Positions 8,261-14,934 of a stretch of 27,399 bases of DNA are shown here, in pieces. The notes under the pieces are model-generated. The model worked only from the letters and a program-made list of their open reading frames with translations, was not told where the DNA came from and made no database searches. Source of the stretch: an uncultured Eubacteriales bacterium (GTDB taxonomy: Bacteria > Bacillota > Clostridia > RGIG6154); assembly GCA_964566065.1 (NCBI GenBank), contig CAZMHL010000001.1, positions 1 to 27,399 on the forward strand, read 5' to 3'. Every line of letters starts with the position of its first letter. Position 1 is the stretch's first letter. Both the position numbers and the translations under genes were made by a program.

Positions 8261-8304
8261 TTGTCCGTGTCATATATTTTAATATGGCGCGGATAACTTT
8301 TTTT
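8261..8304 (+). terminator. Intrinsic terminator after the RAYT-like gene
   Basis: TTGTCCGTGTCATAT / ATATGGCGCGGATAA forms 15 bp with 3 G-U pairs (plus strand only), followed by C-T7. Confidence 0.7.
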
Positions 8305-8318
8305 GAGAGGAAAATAAA

Positions 8319-9719
8319 ATGAATTTCATAGAGAAAATCAGCAATTTTGTGTGGGGAACGCCCCTTATTGTTTTAATACTTGCAACAGGTTTGTGGCTTA
8401 CGGTGAGGCTGAAGTTTTTGCAGATAGTTCATCTGCCCAAAGCTCTTAAATTTATGGTAACCAACGAAAAGGGCGGCAGGGGTGAGGTTTCAAGCTTTGG
8501 TGCTCTTTGTACCGCTCTTGCGGCAACAATCGGAACGGGAAACATTGTGGGGGTTGCAACCGCAATCTGTGCAGGTGGACCGGGAGCACTTTTCTGGATG
8601 TGGATTGCAGCGCTTCTTGGTATGGCTACAAAATACGCTGAAGGCTTTCTTGCAATAAAATACAGAGAAATTGACAAAAACGGGCATGTCCTGGGCGGAC
8701 CTTTTTATTACATAGAAAAAGGAATGGGGAAAGAATGGAAATGGCTTGCAAAGCTTTTTGCTTTTTTCGGTGCTGCCGCAGGACTTCTGGGAATAGGTAC
8801 AATAACCCAGGTGAACGGGATTGCCTCGGTACTTACCGGCTTTTTTGACCCCAAAGGCGTTAATACGGTCACATTTTTCGGTAATGAATATACGTTTGTA
8901 ACGGTGATTGCAGGGCTTACAGTAACATTTCTTTCCGCTCTTGTAATAATCGGCGGAATAAAGAGAATAGCAGATGTTACATCGGTGTTGGTTCCGTTTA
9001 TGGCAATTTTATACATTTTGTTTACTTTAATAGTTCTTGTTGCAAATTACGAAAAAATCCCCTCCGCTGTATGCCTGATTTTAAAAGGCGCATTTGCACC
9101 TTCATCGGTAGGCGGAGGAATTGCAGGAATTACGGCGAAAAATGCAATACAAAAGGGTATTTCAAGAGGTGTATTTACCAACGAGGCAGGACTTGGTTCT
9201 GCACCTATTGCGGCTGCTGCAGCAAAGAGCAGGGATGCCGTAAGACAGGGGCTTGTTACAATGACAGGTACTTTTATAGATACCGTTGTTTTGTGTACAA
9301 TGACCGGACTTGCAATTGTAATTACTAATGCGCACGACCCTATGCTTGGTCTTGAGGGAGCGGGAGTTACTTCTTATGCTTACAGCAGGGGACTTCCGTT
9401 TTCTCCCGAAGTTGGTTCTTTTGTGTTAATGCTTTCTCTTGTGTTTTTTGCTTTTTCCACAATTATCGGCTGGAATTATTATGCGGAAAAGTGTGTGGAA
9501 TATCTGTTCAACAAAAAGCAAGGCTTCGTTAAAGTTTACAGAGCATTGTATATTCTGGCGGTTTTCATCGGTCCTTACCTTACCGTAAATGAGGTGTTTA
9601 ACATCGCCGACATTTTCAACGCCCTTATGGCTCTTCCGAACCTTGCGGCACTCATATCTTTAAGCGGCGTGGTAGCAAGAGAAACAAATAAATATTTTGA
9701 AAGAATAAATCCGCAGTGA
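8319..9719 (+). CDS. Alanine/glycine:cation (sodium) symporter, AGCS family
   Basis: Motifs LAATIGTGNIVGVATAI..GGPGALFWMW, GGPFYYIEKG, RGVFTNEAGLGSAPIA, TFIDT, FAFSTIIGWNYY, LMALPNL. Confidence 0.95.
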   Translation: MNFIEKISNFVWGTPLIVLILATGLWLTVRLKFLQIVHLPKALKFMVTNEKGGRGEVSSFGALCTALAATIGTGNIVGVATAICAGGPGALFWMWIAALLGMATKYAEGFLAIKYREIDKNGHVLGGPFYYIEKGMGKEWKWLAKLFAFFGAAAGLLGIGTITQVNGIASVLTGFFDPKGVNTVTFFGNEYTFVTVIAGLTVTFLSALVIIGGIKRIADVTSVLVPFMAILYILFTLIVLVANYEKIPSAVCLILKGAFAPSSVGGGIAGITAKNAIQKGISRGVFTNEAGLGSAPIAAAAAKSRDAVRQGLVTMTGTFIDTVVLCTMTGLAIVITNAHDPMLGLEGAGVTSYAYSRGLPFSPEVGSFVLMLSLVFFAFSTIIGWNYYAEKCVEYLFNKKQGFVKVYRALYILAVFIGPYLTVNEVFNIADIFNALMALPNLAALISLSGVVARETNKYFERINPQ

Positions 9720-9736
9720 GTTTCACTGCGGATTTT
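9707..9736 (+). terminator. Hairpin overlapping the symporter stop codon
   Basis: AAATCCGCAGTGA-gtt-TCACTGCGGATTT, a perfect 13-bp stem. Confidence 0.7.
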
Positions 9737-9750
9737 CATTGTATAACGAA

Positions 9751-9773
9751 AACCACCGGCTAAGCCGGTGGTT
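9751..9773. repeat. GC-rich perfect hairpin, possibly an IS200/IS605-type end remnant
   Basis: AACCACCGGC-taa-GCCGGTGGTT, abutting the 3' end of the RAYT pseudogene. Confidence 0.55.
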
Positions 9774-9944
9774 ATGATTGTAAAAGCAATCATTTTTCCT
9801 ATTTTAATACGTTGGTGTCAATGTATGCCCGGATTTTTTTATAATCCTGTTCACCTCTGATTATGTGGTCGTGAAAAGACCGTTGCCAGAGAATGTCTTT
9901 GTATTTTTTTGTCGTGTATGATTTTAATTGACCGATTACATTTT

Positions 9945-9971
9945 GTAGGGGAGGGTTTCCACGCCCTCCCG
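9945..9971 (+). repeat. GTAG-type REP-like hairpin inside the RAYT gene (copy 1)
   Basis: GTAGGGGAGGGTTTCCACGCCCTCCCG with a GGGAGGG/CCCTCCC stem. Confidence 0.75.
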
Positions 9972-10106
9972 ATTCATTTAAAATGATAATCAAATGTATA
10001 TGATTAGGCATAATTACATACTTATTAATCTTAATCCCATTGTAATTGTCATTGATAAATTGTATGGATTTTTCAATTTCTTTTCCTATGGTGTCATTAT
10101 ATTTTG

Positions 10107-10133
10107 CGGGAGGGCACAGAGACCCTCCCTTAC
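10107..10133 (-). repeat. REP-like hairpin inside the RAYT gene (copy 2, inverted)
   Basis: Minus strand GTAAGGGAGGGTCTCTGTGCCCTCCCG, 22/27 identical to copy 1. Confidence 0.75.
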
Positions 10134-10249
10134 GATTTTTGATAATACACATTTTCTCTTATGTGTGCAAATCGTAATGAAATATGCCCCATTTTTGGAA
10201 TAATCGTATCCCTTTAACCTTGTCGGCTTTCGTTTTGGTAAATTCATAA

Positions 10250-10444
10250 TTATTTAATATCCGATAATCCCAATATATAGTCTGTTGAAACTTTGTAATA
10301 TTTGGCCAGTTTTATTAAAACCTCAATGGGGAGTTGTCGTTGTCCGTTTTCGTATTGCGAATATGTGTTTTGTTTTATATGCAAATATTCGGCAAGTTCC
10401 TTTTGTTTTATATCTGCATCTTCACGTAAATCTTTTAATCTCAT
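10250..10444 (-). CDS. Small XRE/Cro-C1 family HTH transcriptional regulator
   Basis: RLKDLRED..IKQKELAEYL.IKQNTYSQYENGQRQ.P.E.LIKLA.YY.VSTDYILG; RBS AGGTGA. Confidence 0.93.
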   Translation of the reverse strand: MRLKDLREDADIKQKELAEYLHIKQNTYSQYENGQRQLPIEVLIKLAKYYKVSTDYILGLSDIK

Positions 10445-10474
10445 ATAAATATCACCTGAATGTTATTATATGAA

Positions 10475-10514
10475 ATCTCATAACGAGATATTGACATTTA
10501 TCTCGAAATGTGAT
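10475..10514. promoter_or_regulatory. Twin 15-bp palindromic operators, probably bound by the XRE protein
   Basis: ATCTC-ataac-GAGAT (10475-10489) and ATCTC-gaaat-GTGAT (10500-10514), on either side of the -35 box. Confidence 0.65.
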
Positions 10515-10519
10515 ACCAT
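10491..10519 (+). promoter_or_regulatory. sigmaA promoter of the small membrane protein gene
   Basis: TTGACA-17 bp-TACCAT with extended -10 (TGa); RBS AGGAGGT before ATG 10540. Confidence 0.75.
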
Positions 10520-10539
10520 TAAAAAAAGGAGGTGTGAAA

Positions 10540-10803
10540 ATGTTTGGGTTATTGGCAATTTTAAATGGTATCATAGTATGGTACATTCTAAAAGAATTAT
10601 GTAAAGGTTTCTTTGGTGATTCACCTTGGTCAAGACTTTTAAGAGTTGTAGTTTCACTTATAGGCGGTTTTGGATATTTCCTGTTTTGTGCAATAGTAAA
10701 TGATTCTACAGATATTAGTATATTTTGGGGAAGCCTGGTAATTTTTGGACCTGTTGTAATAGCTATATTATTACTGTTAATAGGCTATATGTTTAATAAA
10801 TAA
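10540..10803 (+). CDS. Small hypothetical membrane protein (87 aa, about 3 TM segments)
   Basis: Strong RBS and promoter; three hydrophobic stretches; AT-rich codons; terminator downstream. Confidence 0.8.
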   Translation: MFGLLAILNGIIVWYILKELCKGFFGDSPWSRLLRVVVSLIGGFGYFLFCAIVNDSTDISIFWGSLVIFGPVVIAILLLLIGYMFNK

Positions 10804-10840
10804 ACCGGCAGAAGTATTATCTTCTACCGGTTTATTTATT
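10795..10840. terminator. Bidirectional terminator between convergent genes
   Basis: AATAAATAAACCGGCAGAAG-tattat-CTTCTACCGGTTTATTTATT, with one mismatch (G-U on the minus strand). Confidence 0.75.
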
Positions 10841-11770
10841 GCTATGAAAAAACTTCCCCTGATATGTATCCCTTTCAAAGAGGGCTTTATCTATTGTGCC
10901 GAGGACAGCAATTTTGTTTTTGCTCCAGAGGGGGGCAATCAGTTTGTCTTTTGAGCCGTCGCCGGTTATTCTTTCAATCACTGTTTCTTTAGGGATATAT
11001 TCAAGCTGACGGCATACAACATCAATGTAGTCGTCAAAGGACATTTCTTCAAAAAGCCCCTCTGCAAAATCCTTTGAAATTCTGCTTCCCTCCATTATGT
11101 GAAGAAGATGTATTTTCATTGCATCTGGCTTCAATCTGCCGATTACCTTTGCACTTTCAACCATCATTTCCTTTGTTTCCCCCGGAAGTCCGTTAATAAG
11201 ATGAACACACACTCTAATCCCTGCTTTCTTTAAAAGGGAGTAGGTTTTTAAAAATGTGTCAAAGGAATGGCCTCTGTTTATTGTTTCTGCTGTTTTGTCG
11301 AAAATTGTCTGAAGACCCAGCTCCGCCGTAAGATATGTTTTTTCCGACAATTCTTTTAAATAGTTTATTTTATCTTCATCAAGGCAGTCGGCTCTTGTGG
11401 CGATGCTTAAACCGACGGCATCTTCAAAGTTTATAGCCTCATCAAAAAGAGATTTAAGAGTATCAAGAGGGGCAAAGGTGCTTGTGCCCGACTGAAAATA
11501 AGGGATAAGGCTCACCTTTCCCCATTTTTTAAAAATTCTTTCCCTTTCTTTTTCGTACTGCTCTTTAACAGTTCCTTTGCCCGAAAATTCAGAACCGCCC
11601 GAAATGCAGTAAGTACAACCTCCGAAACCGCAGGTGCCGTCCTTGTTGGGACAGGTAAAGCCGCCGTCAAGCACCGCTTTGAAAATTCTGCCGCCGAAGG
11701 TGTGTTTGTTGTGATAGTAAAGGGTATGATATCTTTTGTTGTCATCTGAATATTTAAAGGGACTTTTCAT
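10832..11770 (-). CDS. TIGR01212/YhcC(YtqA)-family radical SAM protein
   Basis: GFTCPNKDGTCGFGGCTYC, YFQSGT.T, IATRADCL, ELGLQT.......INRGH, HLINGLPGE, KIHLLH, ERITGD. Likely start ATG 11770 (MKSPF) overlapping the ppx stop region. Confidence 0.9.
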   Translation of the reverse strand: MKSPFKYSDDNKRYHTLYYHNKHTFGGRIFKAVLDGGFTCPNKDGTCGFGGCTYCISGGSEFSGKGTVKEQYEKERERIFKKWGKVSLIPYFQSGTSTFAPLDTLKSLFDEAINFEDAVGLSIATRADCLDEDKINYLKELSEKTYLTAELGLQTIFDKTAETINRGHSFDTFLKTYSLLKKAGIRVCVHLINGLPGETKEMMVESAKVIGRLKPDAMKIHLLHIMEGSRISKDFAEGLFEEMSFDDYIDVVCRQLEYIPKETVIERITGDGSKDKLIAPLWSKNKIAVLGTIDKALFERDTYQGKFFHSNK

Positions 11771-12644
11771 TGAAAAATGCCTCCGCAGCACCGTCTCTTA
11801 CGCTTTTTGTACAGAATACAATTTCCTTTGTGCCTGTAATTTTCAGAACTGTCAGGGTAGGACAAAGTCCGGCGGTAATAATGTCCGCTCTTTTTACATC
11901 CATTCCGAATTTGTGGGGTCTGTCACAGACCTTTGTTTTGTAAATTTCATCAAAAATCCCGAAAACTTCTCCGGCGGATACACTTTTTCCGTTGATTTCC
12001 CTGTCCGATGAGATGTTAAAAGAGCATCTTGCAATCTCCTTTACCGAACCGCCGAGAACAACAAGGGGGTATGGTTTGTCAAGCCAGTTTAGGTTTTTAA
12101 GCTCATTAAAAAGAAAGGCGTTGATTTCATCAATTCCCTTTTCGTCGGGGCTGAATTTTTCAGTAAGCACTACGCAACCGTAAGGAAGACATACAAATTC
12201 TTTTAAATTGCCGTTTTCAACAAAGCCAAGCTCAAAGCTTCCGCCGCCTGTGTCAAGAAAATAAAAGCTTTCGCTTTTTAAAGTTGAGCGTGCGGCAAAG
12301 GAGCCGTAAAGTGCTTCGGTGTGACCGTCAATTATTTTAAGCTCAATGCCCGCTTTTTCTTTTACGAGATTTACAAAGTAAGAAGAGTTTTCGGCTCTTC
12401 TTAAGCTTTCTGTTGAAATGGCAATTGCCTTGTCAGCCTTTTGCTCTTTAATTATTTCACTGAAATCAATAAGAGCCTTAAGGGTTCTTTCCATAGGCTC
12501 TTTTTTCAGCATATTATCAATTTCAAGTCCTTCTGCAAGACGGGTGTTTTCCCTTTTGCGGAAAATTTCGTTTAATCCGTTGTTGTAAGTGTAGATACCA
12601 AGTCGGGCAGAGTTGGAGCCCAAATCTATAACTGCTAGTTTCAT
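11754..12644 (-). CDS. Ppx/GppA family phosphatase (short form, no HD domain)
   Basis: AVIDLGSNSAR, TESLRRAEN, IIDGHTEA, DTGGGSFE, RADII.AG, VRDG; RBS GAAAGGA. Confidence 0.9.
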   Translation of the reverse strand: MKLAVIDLGSNSARLGIYTYNNGLNEIFRKRENTRLAEGLEIDNMLKKEPMERTLKALIDFSEIIKEQKADKAIAISTESLRRAENSSYFVNLVKEKAGIELKIIDGHTEALYGSFAARSTLKSESFYFLDTGGGSFELGFVENGNLKEFVCLPYGCVVLTEKFSPDEKGIDEINAFLFNELKNLNWLDKPYPLVVLGGSVKEIARCSFNISSDREINGKSVSAGEVFGIFDEIYKTKVCDRPHKFGMDVKRADIITAGLCPTLTVLKITGTKEIVFCTKSVRDGAAEAFFNEKSL

Positions 12645-12658
12645 ATTATCCTTTCTGC

Positions 12659-12832
12659 AAATTGCCCATATTGCACTTTTGCCTCACTGAAGTGTGTCGC
12701 ATAAAGGTATCTAAACTTGTTTGACACAAGTCAAACATCGTTTTCAACCTTATGCTCCTTTTCCCCAAAAAAGCTGTAAGCTTTTTTGGGTACCCGTTGC
12801 CCGTTCGGCAAAATGCACAATCTGAACAATTT
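12659..12832. other. ~175-nt multi-stem structured intergenic element (ncRNA or MITE-like repeat)
   Basis: Outer imperfect inverted repeat 12659-12683 / 12807-12832. It encloses a perfect 12-bp hairpin (12764-12790), a long interrupted hairpin (12699-12755) and a small hairpin (12685-12694). Confidence 0.65.
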
Positions 12833-12839
12833 CTCAAGT

Positions 12840-14009
12840 TTATTGTTTCATTTCACCGAGGAATTCTTCTATCTTGTCAAGGGCAAGTGTAATCTTTTCC
12901 AGAGAATATGCATAAGAAACTCTTGCAAAACCTTCTCCCGAATCGCCGAAAGCGTTACCGGGGATAATTGCAACCTTTTTCTTTCTTAAAAGCTCCTGAC
13001 AGAATTCGTCGGAGGTCATACCCGTTGACTTAATGCAGGGGAACACATAAAAAGCACCCTTTGCTTCAAAACAGTCAAGACCCATTTTGTTGAATCTGTC
13101 AATTATGTATCTGCGGCGAACGTTGTATTCGTCAGCCATTTCTTCAATGTCAGAGTCGCCGTTTTTAAGGGCTTCAATTGCCGCATACTGGCTTGTCGTA
13201 GGAGCTGACATAATTCCGAACTGATGGATTTTTGTCATTGCCTGAATAACTGTTTTGTCACCAACCGCATAGCCAAGTCTCCAGCCTGTCATTGCATAGC
13301 ATTTTGAAAAACCGCCGATTATAACCGTTCTGTCCTTCATTGAAGGAATGTTTGCAATTGAAAAATGCTTTGCATCGTAAGTAAGCTCAGCATAAATTTC
13401 ATCGGAGAGAATAACAATATTTGTGTCCTCAAGAACCTTTGCAATTGCTTCAAGCTCTGCTTTTTCCATAATTGCACCTGTCGGGTTGTTGGGATAAGGA
13501 AGAATAAGAAGCTTTGTTTTATCTGTAATTGCATCTTTAAGTGCTTTTGCTGTAAGCTTGAAGTTGTCCTCTGCCTTTGTGACAATGGGAACAGGAATAC
13601 CGCCTGCAAGCTTTGTGCAAGGTTCATAGCAAACAAAGGAGGGTTCGGGAATAAGAACCTCATCGCCGGGTGCTACAACCGCACGTACCATAAGGTCAAT
13701 AGCTTCGCTTCCGCCGACTGTTACAAGAACGTTTTCGGGCTCGTAGCAAAGGGTAAATCTTCTTAAAAGATATCTGCATATTTCTTTTCTCAAAGGCAAA
13801 AGACCTGAATTTGAAGTGTAGTAGGTCTGACCTTTTTCAAGAGACATTATGCCTGCATCTCTTATATGCCAGGGAGTTATAAAATCGGGTTCACCGATTC
13901 CAAGAGAAATAGCATCCTCCATCTCGTTTACAATATCAAAGAACTTTCTGATACCCGACGGTTTTATTCCGCTGACAACAGGAGAAATAATATCGTCAAA
14001 GTTAATCAA
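12840..14009 (-). CDS. PLP-dependent aminotransferase class I/II (YugH/AlaT-like)
   Basis: ISLGIGEPDF.TP, YTSNSG...LR, GGSEAIDL, PNNPTG, DEIYAEL, GFSKCYAMTGWRLGY, GAFYVFP, PGNAFG. Confidence 0.95.
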   Translation of the reverse strand: MINFDDIISPVVSGIKPSGIRKFFDIVNEMEDAISLGIGEPDFITPWHIRDAGIMSLEKGQTYYTSNSGLLPLRKEICRYLLRRFTLCYEPENVLVTVGGSEAIDLMVRAVVAPGDEVLIPEPSFVCYEPCTKLAGGIPVPIVTKAEDNFKLTAKALKDAITDKTKLLILPYPNNPTGAIMEKAELEAIAKVLEDTNIVILSDEIYAELTYDAKHFSIANIPSMKDRTVIIGGFSKCYAMTGWRLGYAVGDKTVIQAMTKIHQFGIMSAPTTSQYAAIEALKNGDSDIEEMADEYNVRRRYIIDRFNKMGLDCFEAKGAFYVFPCIKSTGMTSDEFCQELLRKKKVAIIPGNAFGDSGEGFARVSYAYSLEKITLALDKIEEFLGEMKQ

Positions 14010-14488
14010 AATGTAATCACCTGTCTTCCGTCCTTCTTTTCACTGCCGAGCATTTTTCCGCTTTCTTTATATTTCTTTAAAACAAAGTGAGTTGTTGTTG
14101 AGGTAACGCCCTCCATAGGAGAGAGATGCTCTGCAACGAAAAGGGCAACATCTTTAAGGCTCTGTCCCTCAATAACAAGAAGAAAATCGTAGCCGCCCGA
14201 CATAAGATAAACGTTGTTTACCTGGGGAATCTGGTAAAGTCTGTTTGCAAAATCGTCATAGCCTTTAATGCCGGGGTTAACCTTAAGTTCAATGTAAACT
14301 GCCGCCCAGTCATTTTCGGTTTTGTCCCAGTCAATAATTGCACGATAACCTGCAATTATTCCCTTATCCTGAAGTGCTTTTATTTCATTTTTTACTTCAT
14401 CAGCAGTGGAATTGAGTTTAATAGCCAGATTTTCAGGAGTTTCCATGCAGTTTTTTTCAAGAAGCTTTAAAAGTTTGATTCTGTCCAT
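14006..14488 (-). CDS. Lrp/AsnC family transcriptional regulator (YugG/AlaR-like)
   Basis: N-terminal HTH, GIIAGYRAIIDW, VYLMSGGYD, THFVLKKYK; stop overlaps the aminotransferase ATG by 4 nt. Confidence 0.92.
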   Translation of the reverse strand: MDRIKLLKLLEKNCMETPENLAIKLNSTADEVKNEIKALQDKGIIAGYRAIIDWDKTENDWAAVYIELKVNPGIKGYDDFANRLYQIPQVNNVYLMSGGYDFLLVIEGQSLKDVALFVAEHLSPMEGVTSTTTHFVLKKYKESGKMLGSEKKDGRQVITF

Positions 14489-14503
14489 TTAAGTTCCCTC
14501 CGA

Positions 14504-14917
14504 TTATTCCGAATCTTTAATAAGTGACTCTAAATTTTCCTGATATTTGTTCACAGAAAGAGTAACATTTGCTTTAAGCTGACGTATTTCTTCGTTAAGC
14601 TTTTTCTGTATAAGCTTTGTCTGTTTCAACTCTTCTTCAAGAAGCTCTTTTTTCTTAACCGCATCCAGCGTTGCGGTTTCAATAATTTCCTTTGCTTTTC
14701 TTTCTGCACTGATAATTGCATCGCCTACGCAAAGAGTGTTCTTTTCAAGCTCTGCACATTTTGCTTTAAGCTGTGCAACCTCTTTTTTAAGTTCCTCGTT
14801 TTCATCCTCAAGAGAATCGATTTCATTTTGCGTTTTAATTCCAAGCTCTGAAATATAGTTAATTACGGCTTTCTTTTTAAAGCCTCCGAATATTGCGGTT
14901 TTAAACAGTTTTTCCAT
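14504..14917 (-). CDS. DivIVA/GpsB-like coiled-coil protein
   Basis: N-terminal FKTAIFGGFKKKAVINYI resembles the DivIVA-domain motif; it is followed by heptad coiled coil including AIISAERKAKEIIE. Confidence 0.6.
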   Translation of the reverse strand: MEKLFKTAIFGGFKKKAVINYISELGIKTQNEIDSLEDENEELKKEVAQLKAKCAELEKNTLCVGDAIISAERKAKEIIETATLDAVKKKELLEEELKQTKLIQKKLNEEIRQLKANVTLSVNKYQENLESLIKDSE

Positions 14918-14934
14918 TGTAATTCATTCCTTTT

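Larger units (their letters stand above)
9777..10247 (-). pseudogene. REP-associated tyrosine transposase (RAYT) pseudogene with two frameshift lesions
   Basis: ATG 10247 gives MNLPKRKPTRLKGYDYSKNGAYFITICT...IMTP then TAG (10086-10088). The -1 frame continues IGKEIEK...YVIMPNHIHLII...LKSYTTK...LWQRSFHDHIIR...YIDTNVLK then TAG (9799-9801). Removing one A there restores W-K-N-D-C-F-Y-N. Confidence 0.85.

Noticed and set aside
7439..8265. TGTTTGTC direct repeat on both sides of the RAYT-like gene (7439-7446, 8258-8265) as a target-site duplication
   Set aside because: Only 8 bp of low-complexity sequence, and HUH transposases do not generate TSDs.
10086..10152. Programmed -1 frameshift in the second RAYT (an A-run followed by the REP hairpin)
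   Set aside because: No canonical slippery heptamer. Homology is best restored by one extra A near 10089, and a second independent lesion near 9800 indicates decay.
12646..12837. 63-aa ORF with CxxCxxC as a genuine small protein
   Set aside because: TTG start with no known motif, and the sequence is better explained by nested inverted repeats. Not fully excluded.
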